From: the human T2T-CHM13v2.0 reference genome, Homo sapiens
DNA length: 64,000 nucleotides
Reading direction: 5' to 3' (one strand)
NCBI RefSeq assembly: GCF_009914755.1
Contig: NC_060931.1
The notes under the pieces were generated by a model. The model was not told the origin of the DNA and did not search any database. It saw only the letters and a program-made list of their open reading frames with translations. This document shows, piece by piece, positions 14,548 through 33,161 of this stretch (positions within the stretch are counted from its first letter, which is position 1; every line of letters begins with the position of its first letter). Made by a program: the position numbers and the translations under genes.

Positions 14548-14852
14548 GTGCAGGTCCAGCCCCTTCCTCGCGTGTCCCACGATGCCACTCAGCCAAAACA
14601 TAGCGTTCGTTCTCTCGTGGATCTGCCGGGCCCGTGTCTGCTTTTCCATTTCATTTGCTTGTAGGTGCTGAGAGAAATGCAATAGGTTTTCTTTCTGGGG
14701 GCAGCCAGGCACAGTGCAGCAAACGCTCTATGCCTCGGGACCCAGATGCTGACCCTGCCTGCCCTCAGATTAACTATGTGTCTTGGATAAGGGCGTATGA
14801 GTCATCCAGCCTCAGAGATCCCCACTCTGTACCTTTGTTCAAATGCAATTGC

Positions 14853-15141
14853 TTTTTTTTTTTTACAGTCTCACTCTGTCACCCAGGTTGGAGTGCACTG
14901 GCACAATCTCGGCTCACAGCAACCTCTGTCTCCTGCATTCAAGTGATTCTCCTGCCTCAGCCTCCTGAGTAGCTGGGATTACAGGCGCCTGCCACTACGC
15001 CCGGCTAATTTTTGTATTTTTAGTAGAGGCGGGGTTTCACCATGTTGGCCAGGCTGGTCTCGAAATCCTGACCTCAGGTGATCTGCCCGCCTCAGCCTCC
15101 CAAAGTGTTGGGATTACAGACGTGAGCCACGGTGCCCAACC
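14853..15141 (-). mobile_element. Alu (S-like)
   Basis: Reverse Alu consensus. Confidence 0.95.
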
Positions 15142-15180
15142 TAATCACATTTTTTAATACTATTAGAAAGTGAGGTGTGT

Positions 15181-15638
15181 CTGGGAATGGTGGCTTATGC
15201 CTGTAATCCTAGTGATTTTGGAGGCTAAGGCTGAGGATCACCTGAGCCTAGGAGATCCAGGTTGCAGTAAGCCATGATCACACCACTGTACTCCAGCCTG
15301 GACAACAAAGCGAGATCCTGTCTCTTTTTTTTTTTTTAATTTGAGATGGAGTTTCACTCTTGTTGCCATGGTGCAGTCTAGGCTTACTGCAACCTCCGCC
15401 TCCTGGGTTCAAGCAATTCGCCTGCCTCAGCCTCCCCAGTAGCTAGGATTACAGGCATGCATCTCCACGCCCGGCTAATTTTGTATTTTTAATATGGATG
15501 GGGTTTCTCCATGTTGGTCAGGCTGGTCTCGAACACCTCACCTCAGGTGATCCACCTGCCTCAGCCTCCCAAAGTACTGGGATTACAGGTGTGAGCCACC
15601 GCGCCCTGCCGAGATCCTGTCTCTTACAAAAAAAAAAA
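15181..15638. mobile_element. Old + strand Alu monomer (15181-15326, tail 15626-15638) interrupted by a - strand Alu (15327-15610)
   Basis: 15-bp TSD gagatcctgtctctt at 15312-15326 and 15611-15625. Confidence 0.88.
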
Positions 15639-16294
15639 GTATAGAGCATTAAACAGGTGACATATTGTACTATGCAATATTATAAACACAGTGACCTGGG
15701 GCACTGCTCAGACGTTGATGTTTTGCTGTGGCTCAGAGACTGTCACAGAAGCATCTCCATGGCATAGCTCTTCTCACCCACTGCAGCTTGAACCTTGCCT
15801 GTGTCCGTGGTCTAGCTCTGAGCCGTCTGAGGGCCAGGTCACTACTGTGTTTCCAGCAGAAACTCCACACCAGGCATAGAGCAAGCATTCAGTCAATAAG
15901 CATTTATTGCCGAATGACCCACTATCATTAGAGAAAGGAGCAAATGAACGTAGGGTAAAGCCAGCCACAGAGAGCACAGACCTTGTGACTCCATTTACAT
16001 GAAGGCCAGGAACACCCACAGTGAATGGAAGTTTCCAGAAGGCAGAATCCTGCTTGCCTGTTGGTGGAGAGGTATAAACAGGGAAGATGCATGAGAGCAC
16101 CTCACAGGTGCTAAATGTGCTCTGTCTCTCTACGTGGACGGTAGTTACATTCACAATCATAAAGCATCATTCTGGACACTTAAGATTAGCATAGCTTGTG
16201 CATTTGATTATCGTCAATTTTAAAAACCTCATAATTATCAATGAGACCACTTCTCTGGATAACCAGAATGTAACTGACTGCTAGACCGCAGCCT

Positions 16295-16430
16295 GTTTTT
16301 TGTTTTTTAAATAGACGGGTTTCACCATGTTGGCCAGGCTGGTCTCGAACTCCAGGGCTACGGTGATCCTCCCACCTCAGCCTCCCAAAGTGCTGGGATT
16401 ACAGGAGTGAGCCACGCACGGCGCCCGGCC
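16295..16430 (-). mobile_element. Alu left monomer / FLAM
   Basis: Single reverse Alu arm. Confidence 0.85.
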
Positions 16431-18115
16431 TATGGCCTGTTTTGATCCTACGGAGCATCCACCAGAGCTGTAGCTGAGCCCAGGAATGTGGTCACTTCTG
16501 TGATATCACCACAACCGCTGGGCCAGACCTCTTCCTGAGCTCAGCTCATTTGTTGGAGGTTTTCCCATCAACTGGGTCTTCTCTTTTTGGAAAGGCAGAT
16601 CCCTGATGAGCTGTTCTTAAAAAGAGGAGCTGGCTACATTAGCCCCCTGAGCCAAGGAGCCAGGCAGAGTAGGTTCCTGACCCCGACCACAAGTCCTACC
16701 ATCCTTGTGCCAAAGGGGTTAAAAAAACCAGTCACCTAAAATGCCTCCTTATTTGCTTCTATAATGTTAAGCAATTCATCCTTCAAAGAAAGGATTTATT
16801 TTTTTCTGTATAAATTCACTTCTAACAAGTGTTCGTAAATCAGATTTTATTCCTGAGGGATTTACAGTGTATGAATGGCGTGTCATTTTCCTGAGTTAAT
16901 GCTATTACAGAATCCTGTGTCTGGTGCATAGAAAAATCTCCCTGCTTTTCACTGTCCTCCTCCATCTGGAAAACAGACTTGAAAAGGCAGATCGGACCTG
17001 CAGCTTCCGATGCTCAGCCGCACCCTGGAGTGTTAATTTAACATCATAATTGAAGCCGGGAAAAAATAACACTTATCTACCAGAATGTCTCCCGTCCTGC
17101 CCAGGAGACATTGCAGAACTTAAACCTCTGTTGTGATGGCCTCACTCGACACCCCTCCCTGCGTGCACTCCTTATCCTCCCATCCTCGTCTGAATTCCTT
17201 TCTGATCTTGGTTTCCACCTGCTCACCTCCCATCATCCCAAATCCCCTCTCCCAGGCAAGCCCATCTTTCATTTTCTGCTCTGTGTTCTTCCGTTAAACA
17301 CAGAGCATTAAGGTTTAAAGCACGTCAAAGGGGGGCCAGGTCCCAGCAGAGAGGAGCCTCTTGGGGTTTAGAAATGCCAACGCACTTAGCAAATACCTGC
17401 CAAGCCCCTGGTATGTGTGTAGGCGCTGTCCTGGGGGCTGGCGGGACACTGGGGAGTGTGATGGACTTAAGTCTGTACCTCAAAGAGCAAATATGTACAT
17501 GGGCCTGAGAAACAGAGGTCACTTTATGTGGTCAGGGAGGTCGCCTCTGGTCTCAGGGCGTTTGAGCTGTGATCTGCAGGAAGGGGAGAGAAACCCGGGA
17601 AATACTGGGAGAAGGAGCTTCCAGCAAGAGGGAGAGCCCCAGGGGGAGAAACCCGTGTTAGGGAGGGGCTGAGGGCTGGAAGATGACGCGGGGGTTTGCA
17701 GGGTGGACAGACCAGGCCAAGCTTGGGGGCAGTTTGGAGGCCTTGGTCTTTCCTGCAGAATGAGCCGGGAAAACCCAGTGCAATTATTTTTTATGTTGTT
17801 CGGTTTTTCAGAACTTTATTTTTATTCATTTGATCTGTTAATATATTTTAGAATGTGTTTTGCTATGTATTTGTAAATTTACTCTTTTTTGAAGTGTGCG
17901 GTTCAGTGGTGAACGCACAGGTACGTGCAGTCATGACCACAGTCAGTTCTAGAACGTTCGTGTCACCTCAAAAGGAAGCTCTGTACCCTTTCTTTAGCCG
18001 TCACACTCCCACACATTTATCTTTACTTCCTGTTTTGTTAAATGAGTGTGAGTTTTTATTTTGAAATTTATTAAATATTTAATTTCCCGGAATTTTTAGA
18101 AGTGTATGCATTCTT

Positions 18116-18263
18116 GGCCAGGTGCAGTGGCTCACGCTTGCCATCCCAGCACTTTGAGAGGCCGAGGTGGAAGGATCACTTGAGCCCAGGAACTCGAAAC
18201 CAGCCTGGGCAACGTAGCGAGACCCCATCTCTACCAAAACAAACAAACAAAAAATCAAAAAAA
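18116..18263 (+). mobile_element. Alu left monomer / FLAM
   Basis: Single arm with A-rich tail; flanking tatgcattct repeat. Confidence 0.85.
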
Positions 18264-18555
18264 GTTTATGCATTCTGAGTCTATTTTCATAAAACACTGG
18301 CAAGAATACTGGTATTTTGGGATCAGACAGAACAAATATGAAAATGCTAATATTGTCACTTTGCTCCAACACTGTGATCAGTACCTAGCTCTTCTCCCCA
18401 GCTCAGCCCTAAGCACAGCTGAAGCAGGTATCCTCAGCTCTGGGCTCTGCGTGCAGCAGGACTCAGGAGCTGCCCCGCTGGCCAGCTCTGGCTTGGCGTG
18501 GCTGCGGTGGCCACACCAGTAACACGTCTGTTCTCACTCTCCTGCTGGGCTTTAG

Positions 18556-18676
18556 GAAAGGGGATCTCCACCATGGAGGAGTCTGTGACCCTGGACAACG
18601 GAGGATTTGCTGCCCTGGAGCTCAGCAGCCGCCACCTCAATGTCAAGAGCACCTTCTCCAAGAAGAACGGGACCAG
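18556..18676 (+). CDS. SDK1: SDK1 coding exon: juxtamembrane cytoplasmic region (GKGISTMEESVTLDNGGFAALELSSRHLNVKSTFSKKNGTR)
   Basis: Acceptor ctttag|GA; donor CCAG|gtaggc. 121 nt, phase 1 to 2, consistent with both neighbouring exons. Confidence 0.95.
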
Positions 18677-20173
18677 GTAGGCAGGCAGTGCTGTGCTGCG
18701 CCCACCTGGGGATCTGAGCTGCCAGGGCTGGGGTGGCAGCCCACGCCCACTGGCACCTCCTGCATCCCGCCCTGTGGTTCCAGGAAGCAAAACCCAACCC
18801 ACCGCCAAGTGCGCTCCCAAACCACCAGGGGCAGCCCTGAGTCTAGGAGGGACGGGGTCGGCAGAGCGGCTGGAAATATTTTCAGGACATCTCCGGAGAT
18901 TTAGAAAGAGGGTCTCAGGTGTGTGGGAAGGGCCTGGAACACCCAGGGGCTGCCAGGCTGGCCTTCTGTGTCAATCGCATGCACCTTGGATCTGGGCGTT
19001 CCTAGTTCATGGAGGTGTCACCTGGGCTGCCACAGGCCCGACCAGGTGTCCTCGCAAGCAAGCCTGGTGCTTGTTGCTGATTTCATTGCTCTGTGTATTC
19101 CAAAGTTTTCCTGTGCCGATACACATTGCCATTCCATACACGGATTGAGTGCAGGCGAGAAGGATTTTCATCACCATAGCCTCCTTAGCTTATAATCCTT
19201 TTCCTAAATCCAGCAGGAAGCAGGGTTTCCCAAACAAGAGAGGGGTTGACCTGGGTTTGCCTTTTTGATGTGCAGAGCGCCATCCTCTGATTTGAGTACC
19301 CTTGACCAAGGAGAAGGGCCAGGAATGGGGAGGGGTCTTGAGCGTCTGGAAGGAAAAACCCAAACACCTGAGGACGCTTCGTCTGGAGAACAGACAGCTC
19401 CGGGCTTTCCCAGGGTGCCCCAGCATCGGGGTGGAGGAGGCTTCTCTCCCTCAGCCAGACTCACCTTGGATTAGACTCAGCTGCAAGGGTGTGGAAATCA
19501 CACATCATCCAGACCCAGACAGACCCCAGGGTTTCCTCTTCCCTTTACTGTTTACAAAGCTGCAGGGGCCAGCAGTGTTTGGAGATTCCCTGGGCCGCCC
19601 CCGCCCTCCACTGAATTTGGGAATCTTAGATCACTCGGGTGGCGCCGAGGCACGGGTGGGCCTTCTCCCAGCCACTGACGCTCTGCCAGCCCCACAGGTG
19701 CCAGTCCAAAGCACCGCAGGCCGCCACCCCACGAGGCCTTCCCAAGGGCTGGAGGTGGATGCTGGTGGTGACATCTGGTCACACCTTTCATTTCATTTGT
19801 CTACTGGGAGGCAAGTTTTTCCTGCCGTGTAATAGAAACATGAAAAAGCAACCACATGTAGTTTCAAGGCCAGGAGGAACTTGTCACAGAGAATTTTAAG
19901 ATATTACATGCCCTGCTTCCTTGCTGCAACTCTGTCTTCTGAGTTCTGAGAAGAGACACAGCCTTGAAGCACATTGCCCAAGAATAGACAGTCGTTCAGT
20001 TTGTTAAGTCCATCTGCTTCCTAGGAAAGAGAAACATCATTTGATGGTGAGGTTGGAGGTTCTCAGCCCACAAAGACCCAAGGACAAAATAAAATTAAGA
20101 TGGAAAAGAAAATGGACCCTTCCCTTAGGTTTTTAAATAAGCCATCACCTTTTCAGTCCTAGCAATAGGACCC

Positions 20174-20539
20174 TGTATTCATCTGTCCTCACGCTGCTAA
20201 TAAAGACATACCCAAGACTGGGTAGTTTATACAGGAAAGAGGTTTAATGGACTCACAGTTCCACATGGCTGGGGAGACCTCACAATCATGGCGGAAGGCA
20301 AGGAGGAGCAAAGTCACGTCTTACGTGGTGGCAGGCAAAGAGAGAGTTTGTGTAGGGAAACTCCCCTTTATAAAACCATCAGATCGTGTGAGACTTATTC
20401 ACTCTCACGAGAACAGCACGGGAAAGACCTGCCCCCATGATTCAAGTACCTCCCACCAGGTCCCTCCCACGTCACATGGGAATGATGGGAGCCACAACTC
20501 AAGATGAGATTTGGGTGGGGACACAGCCAAACCATATCA
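20174..20539 (-). mobile_element. THE1 (THE1B/C-like) solo LTR with 5-bp TSD GACCC
   Basis: TG...CA termini, 366 bp; GACCC at 20169-20173 and 20540-20544. Confidence 0.92.
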
Positions 20540-21322
20540 GACCCCACATGTGATTGAAGGAAAGGATTCTCTGCTGAGAGGGGAAGGGTCTGGGCAGGGA
20601 CACCTGAGATTGGTCCTGTAGCATCATCCCCAAAATATCTTAGAAATACGGGCACAGTTGATTTATGTCTCCCCCGTGCACGTTTGTGCTTCCAATTTCT
20701 TTTTGGGGAAGACACCATTTTAGCTCCTTAGATAAAAAGATTTACCCAAATGTTTAGATAAGAAATGGCATCTTTCCCAAAGTAAATTACCTTTGAGATA
20801 GAGAAAGAAAGGCCCTTGAGCCTTCACTGGGCCTTTCCAGGAGAAACTGAGGCACACCCTGGGGGAGACAACACCCACGACACAAAACCAGAGGTCTCCA
20901 TCCCCTCCAGCCTTCCCAGCAGAGTCTCCACCCAAGGCCTGGTTTCCTGGCCTGTAGCCTCTCCTTGATCACCCAGTGTTACTTCTCCCATTGAGGGATG
21001 AGAAGACACTTCCTCTGTAGCTGCCACTCAGTTCTGCACTCACTCCTCGCAGCATGAGGGAGGGCTTGCTGGGTTGCTGGGGGTCCTGGACATGGTCCCT
21101 TTGAGCACACAGCTGCCTGTCTGACTGCCCACAGGCTGCTCTCACTATCGAGTCCCTGCACACCCTTCGGAGGACTAAGGAGCACTCAGTCCTGCCTGAT
21201 GTGAAAATTCAGCAATGTTGTACTCAGAGTTTTTCCCCAAGTTCTGAGTTCTCCATCTGAAAAACAGAAGCTGGGCTTTTACTCAGCTCAGATAGTCACC
21301 AGGAAGTGGGGAGCTGAAGAGG

Positions 21323-21930
21323 GTACTCATTTTCTATCGCTGCATGGCAAATGATCACAAGTTCAGCAGCTTAAACCAACACCCATTTAGCACCACGCGG
21401 TCTCCCTGGGGCAGGAGTCTGGGCACAGCTCAGCTGGGTCCTCTGCTCAGGGCCTTGCATGGGTGTAATCCAGGTGTAGATGGGCTGTGTTCTCATCTGG
21501 AGGCTCAACTGGGCAAGAATCTTCTTCCAAGCTCATTCAGCCTGCTGGCAGCATGCATTTCCTTGTGGCCGCATGACTGAGGGCCCCAGCCTCTTCTTGG
21601 CCCTCCTCTGGAGGCCGCCCTCATGTCCTGGAGGCCGCTCATGGTCCCCTGCCATGGGGTCCTCTCCAGGGGCTGTTCACAACATACTGTTGGCTTCTGT
21701 GAGGCCAGCAAGAGCATCTCTGTCTCCAGTCCGCCAAGATAGGGTCTCCTAATGTCATGTGATCATGGGCGTGATGGGAGTAGCTGTCCTTCACCCATTC
21801 CATTTAATGTAACCGAGTCTTCAGTCTGCCATGTTCCACTGGTTAGAAGCACGTCACAGGCCCTTCCCACATTCAAAGGATGGGATGATGGGGGTGGGGG
21901 CAGTGATGGAGCCATCTTAGAATTCCACCA
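21323..21930 (-). mobile_element. MaLR LTR, MLT1E/F-like
   Basis: gcagcttaaaccaacacccattta...gggcacagctcagctgggtcctctgctcaggg...gccatcttagaattc. Confidence 0.7.
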
Positions 21931-22438
21931 GCCAGAGAGGACGAATGCTCCCCCACCAGACAGGGAGACCAGGCCTGGTGCAAACTTCCCCAATTCCCTC
22001 TCATCTGTAGGAGACAATTCCCACTCCTTAGCATGGCAGATCAGACTGTTCCTCATGACTCCATCCTCATCTCTCTCCACTGCACTCCCCTGCCTGCATC
22101 TGGCAAGCACCTAAGCTCCCCGGCCTCCTATCTGTCCCGACCTCAGGGTGCTGTTTGTACGTGAGTGTCTCACTGCCCCTCCTGGCACAGACCAGCTCTT
22201 CCTCCATGCCTGCAGGCCTAGCACAGTCTCCACAACTGACAGGCACAGGTACACAGAGGCTGTTGACTCACCAGGTAGCCAGTGCTCAGAATTTTTTGCA
22301 TCAGTTGCCAAAGTGATGTCAAAGGCTGTGGGTTTCCTCTTAGTCCAACGCAATAAAGGCCAAATGCCAGGTTAGGAGTCCTCCGGGGAAGGGCGTCTTT
22401 TGCCCAGAGGGTAATTGCAGCATGGGTCCTCATCCTAG

Positions 22439-22568
22439 GTCCCCACCCCGGCCTAGCCCCGGCGGCCTGCACTACTCAGACGAGGACATCTGCAACAAGT
22501 ACAACGGCGCCGTGCTGACCGAGAGCGTGAGCCTCAAGGAGAAGTCGGCAGATGCATCAGAATCTGAG
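22439..22568 (+). CDS. SDK1: SDK1 penultimate coding exon (RSPPRPSPGGLHYSDEDICNKYNGAVLTESVSLKEKSADASESE)
   Basis: Acceptor catcctag|G; donor GAG|gtcagt. 130 nt, phase 2 to 0. SPPRPSPG.LHYSDED motif recalled as conserved in sidekick proteins. Confidence 0.95.
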
Positions 22569-22620
22569 GTCAGTGTCGGTGCCTACTTCCGGGCAGTGAC
22601 CATCAGCCCCTACTTCTGCA
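22569..22620 (+). CDS. SDK1: Candidate alternative 3' extension of the penultimate SDK1 exon (VSVGAYFRAVTISPYFC)
   Basis: Frame stays open past the canonical donor to a second donor TGCA|gtgaga at 22620/22621 (phase 1), which fits the acceptor at 24090. Confidence 0.6.
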
Positions 22621-22745
22621 GTGAGACTTCTGCCCCCTCAGGCTGTCTTGTCCTATTTGAGTCTCATAACATCCCCACAGGCAGAGCCAAGGACAAAGGG
22701 CTTCATTATGCAGATGAGAAAAGAGCCGAAATTCAACCCCACGGC

Positions 22746-22937
22746 CTGCTCTGGGCCCCGCAGAGCTCACATAGCCTCGAGCAGTCTAGACATTCCAAGG
22801 CTGATTCATGGAGGAGCAGGTTGTGACTCCTAAGTCCTGGGATCTGCTTTAGGCCCAGCAGAGCTCACACAGCTTCGAGCAGTCTAGATGCTCCAAGGCT
22901 GATTGATGGAAGCGCAGGTTCCGACTCCTAAGTCCCA
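22746..22937. repeat. Diverged 98-bp tandem duplication
   Basis: cagagctcaca(t/c)agc(c/t)tcgagcagtctaga...gactcctaagtcc at 22761 and 22859. Confidence 0.85.
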
Positions 22938-24089
22938 GAGACTGCAGTGAGAGATAGGCAAGGCTGGTGCCCTCTGTGAGAGGTTTCTTGCAGAGCAGAG
23001 TGTGGGTGTTGCCTGGGTGCCAGCAGGCTGAGTGTCAGATGGTCGCTTTCACGTGCTCCATCTCATGTAGTCCCGGGGTAACTGGGCCTAGACCACCTCT
23101 TACAGATGGAGCCGGCAGGGCTCAGGGAAGATCAGTAACTTTCCCAGTGTGGACTCCTGCCTCGGAGGCCCATTCTCTCTCCATTTCACTTTCATAGATA
23201 AACATAGGCTGCCATAAAAATTGGTGGTCTGTAGACCCCAGTTAGGGTGGCAGCGGGTCTGATCCTGCAGGGCGGATAGAAAATGTGACCCCTTTACCAG
23301 ATAGGAGCTTCCTGCTCACCCCTGGACATTCGTTTCCCCCTACACCCTGCCAGCCTCCCACCCTGCCCAGGAAGCTTCTGTCCTAGCTCCCTCCCTTGCG
23401 CTGAAGAAGAGGGATTTGCTCACAGCAGTTCCAGGTCATGTATCGGGCTCAGGGTGAATCCAGACTTGGGATGTGTTCCTCTCCTCACCAAGCAGCTGGA
23501 CCAGGGAGATGGCTTCCCCGAGGGAGTGTCAGCCTCCACGCGCTCCCTCCAGGACCCCAGGGCCTACCCGCCTCAGGCCTCCCCTGCGCCTGGGTGTGCA
23601 GCAGTTGAGACATGGAGTGTTTTTCCTGTGCCAGGTCCTGTGCGGCGTGACCCAAAGGGACTTTAACCAGCAAGGCAGCCACGAGGGGGCTCTAAGCAGG
23701 GGGCTCAACACACCTTCCCTACAGGTGCACCATCTCCGTTTCTCATACTTACCAGCAAAAGCAGCAGAAGCAGCAATTGGAGAGGTTGCCCCTTGGGTCC
23801 TGAACTTTTTTCTTTTGGATATGCCAGGCCTGGAGAGGGGTGAAAATCACCAACCATTGGCTGTACACATAGGCCTGCCCCGCCTCCTGGCACTCAGGTT
23901 CTAAATCAATATTTAATCTAAAATAAGTCTCACCTTCATTTTAACCTGAATTCAGGCCTTATTGAGCCCCGGGGCTCTATCGAATGGCTTCTTTTCAACT
24001 GTGGGTTGTAGATGAACTCCCGGCGGGAAGGGCCAGCAGGTGGGTGTGGTGAGGCCGATTCTGCTTTGCTTTGCGTGTTCTGTTTACAG

Positions 24090-24181
24090 AGGATGCCGGG
24101 TTTGCTGTCCGCACCATAGCCTTGGGCTTGGCAGAAACAGCAGGCAGCAAAGCAGATGCTCGGAAAGGGACATTTGTCTAA
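24090..24181 (+). CDS. SDK1: Candidate alternative C-terminal SDK1 exon (KDAGFAVRTIALGLAETAGSKADARKGTFV*)
   Basis: Pyrimidine-rich acceptor ctttgctttgcgtgttctgtttacag|AG; in frame with donor 22620; TAA at 24179-24181. The 3' end of the exon is not determinable from sequence. Confidence 0.6.
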
Positions 24182-24894
24182 AACTCAGGGGCTGTCAAGT
24201 GAAATCCTGCAAAACTACCTGCCTTTTTGTGATAAAGAAAAAGCTTATCAGAAGCTCGCTGCATGTACGAAAGCAGCACGTTGTGCGGAGCAGGCAGCCT
24301 TCGAGCAGGACAGTCTGGTCAGCAAAGAGGCTCATCTCACAGCGCCGGCCTCGGGCCTGTCCCTGCTGCCGCTGCCGGGCCGCTGCTCTTTCGAGTATCC
24401 AGGCACCGTGGGGGTGTCATAGCTGTGGGTGGTTCCTGTGTGCTGAGCGCTCGCTGCTGTGTGTTTCCAGCACTCACTGTGGGCCTGGCCCAGGGTGAAC
24501 GTGCACTCCTCTGCTGCCCACCCCAGCCCCATGAGGTGGGGCCAGTCTCCTTATTGGTCAGAGGCTGAGGTTGTCCAGCAGGCGGCTGTTGAAGCTGACA
24601 CCCAGCCAGACCCCCGTGTCTCCAGAGCTCAGTGTACCCCTTCCCTCCCCATTGGTCTCCTCCAGCCCCACACCAGAGGAAGGGGAGGGAGGCATCCAGG
24701 GATGGTGTGTCCTAGAGCAGGCGGGCAGGATTGGATCTGTGAACTCTGAATATTTGTTCCTAAAAGCATTTTCAACATGGGCTAATGGAACGCATTTGGT
24801 CTGTTTCTCCCCCCAACATATGTGGCGTGTTTGGAGATTTAACATCGGCAAATGTTTATGGAAGATTATTGAGCACACCCGTGAACTGAGCTAA

Positions 24895-25832
24895 GCATAT
24901 ACATTCACGTATGCATGCACACATGAACACATATGTACATGTACACACATGTGCACGGACACATACACACCTGAATACATGCACACACCTGCATACACAC
25001 ATGCATACCTAAATAGAACACACAACACACACACCTAAATACACACACACGCACACATATCTATACATACACACATGCACACACATATACATATACACCT
25101 GAATACATGCACACACACGTTTACCTAAATACAACATACACCTAAATACACATATGCACACATATGTACACATACACACATGCACACACGTATACCTATA
25201 CACCTGAATACATGCACACATGCATACACACGTGCTTACCTAAATACACACAACATATACACACCTAAATACACATATGCACACATACGTACACATACAC
25301 ACATGCAAACACATACATATACCTATACACCTGAATACATGCACACACATGCATACTTAAATACACACAAACATGCACATACCTAAATACACACACATGT
25401 ACACATACCTGTGCACATGTACAAATAACTACACACCTGAATACATGCACACACATACATGCACACATGTACACACACGCACACGCACATACCCAAATAT
25501 GTACATGCAAAAATTTGCATGTGCACACATACATCATATACTCATACATATACCTACATACCTAAACACATGCACACAGGCACATGGCTCACACATACTA
25601 CATGCATGTACGCATGCATATATACACGTGCATGCATACCTAAATACAAGTACAAGCACACATGCATACCACCATGCACACATACACATATGTACATACA
25701 TGCACAACACATACATACCTAAATACACACATACACATATGTACATACATGCACAACACATACATACCTAAATACACACATGCACACATGCCTGCACATA
25801 TGCATATACACCTAAATACAAACACATACACA
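24895..25832. repeat. Degenerate CA/TACA-rich tandem repeat
   Basis: Recurrent cacctaaatacacaca / cacctgaatacatgcacac units. Confidence 0.92.
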
Positions 25833-26614
25833 GAGGTGGCCTCAGGGAGGGAGGTGAGTGTGGGGAGGGAGGGAGGTGAGTGTGGGGATAGGGGAAGAAG
25901 GGTGGAGGGCAGGACATGGAACCCACACTAAATGGAATTCTGCACAGAGGGTGTTATCATCCTTATGTAACAGGCAGAAAGCCGAGACTGAGAGTTTTTG
26001 AATGTCTTCCCTGAGACACGCACTGATGAGCTGGACTGGAGAGGCAGACCTCAGCATCTAACTGGAAATCCCACCTTCCCACCAGTCCTGCTCTCAGAGC
26101 TGAGTCTCAGGCAGCGTGGCTGAGGTGGCAAGGGGCCTGGGAACCAGGCCACACTGCTCCCACATGGCAAGCCCTGTGCTGGAGGAAAGCGTTCCTGCAA
26201 ATGCACCTCATGGTTCCTAGTGCCTTTTGGGTGACAGGCTGCTTCTGGAGGCTGATGAAAGGTGCAGACATGCTCTCCACCTACATACAGGCAGAATTTC
26301 ACCTAGGATTTGGGGGCCCAAGGCACCCCGGAAGTCTCTTACAGACCCCACCAGCTAGCATCCCATAGAGTCCCAGCTAAGAATCCCCACACCTGGACCA
26401 TCCTGTGCTCCCCAGGTTTTTGAGTGGATAAAGCGTAGCCTCCCTTGTCTGTAGAGCTCTTTGCTAGGTAACCTTGCTGCATCCTGCTTTTGAAGCTTAT
26501 GAATTTGGGGGATTTGAAGGCACTCCATATTCATGGGATCCCAACAGAGGGAACCGGGGACTTAGATCGTTTTGGAAGTGCCAGCTCACATGGTAACATT
26601 CACTTTGAACCACT

Positions 26615-27975
<1,361 letters not shown>

Positions 27976-28582
27976 TGTGTCTGGGATCCCCAAGAGCACT
28001 CCCAAGTTCAGTGATTCACTAGAAGGACTCACAGAATTCAGCACACAACATCCTCATGACTAAGATTTATTACAGCAAAAGAATACAGAGCAAAATCACA
28101 AAGGGAAAATGTGCACAGAGCAAAGTCCAGAGGAGACCAGATTCACGCTTCTAAGAGTCTTCTCCTATAGAGGCACACAGAACACACTTAGTCCTCCACC
28201 AGAGAGCTGTGAGGACACATAGGAATTGTTGTCTACCACGGCTTTACCATAGCCTTGCACTTATAGCAAACTGCAACTGCATTGTAGGTACTGCTGATTA
28301 GAAACTCACTGCCCAGGGTTTTTATCGGAAGCTGGTCACATAGGCATCCTCTGCCAAGCATGTACCAAAACTCCAGACTCCAGAAAGAAAGCAGGTGTTT
28401 GGCATAAACCATATTATTTGTACAGTTTAGACACTGCAGTCTTATAATTTAGGGAAAACATTTTATCAATGAAAGGAACTTTTTACCAGTCAAGTTCCCA
28501 GATGCCAACCAAGGGTAATCTTTGAAAGCAGGTCTTTTTAAGGCTAGTGGTCTCAGACCTGCTCTGTTAACTTTCTTCCACA
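27976..28582. mobile_element. MER21-family LTR inserted in L1
   Basis: ttcagtgattcactagaaggactcacagaattcagc...taagatttattacagc matches MER21 as recalled. Confidence 0.75.

Positions 28583-33161
<4,579 letters not shown>

Noticed and set aside
14548-14553. In-frame tandem donor (CAG|gtccag) adding 2 aa to the TM exon
   Set aside because: Poor match to the donor consensus and no supporting evidence from sequence alone.
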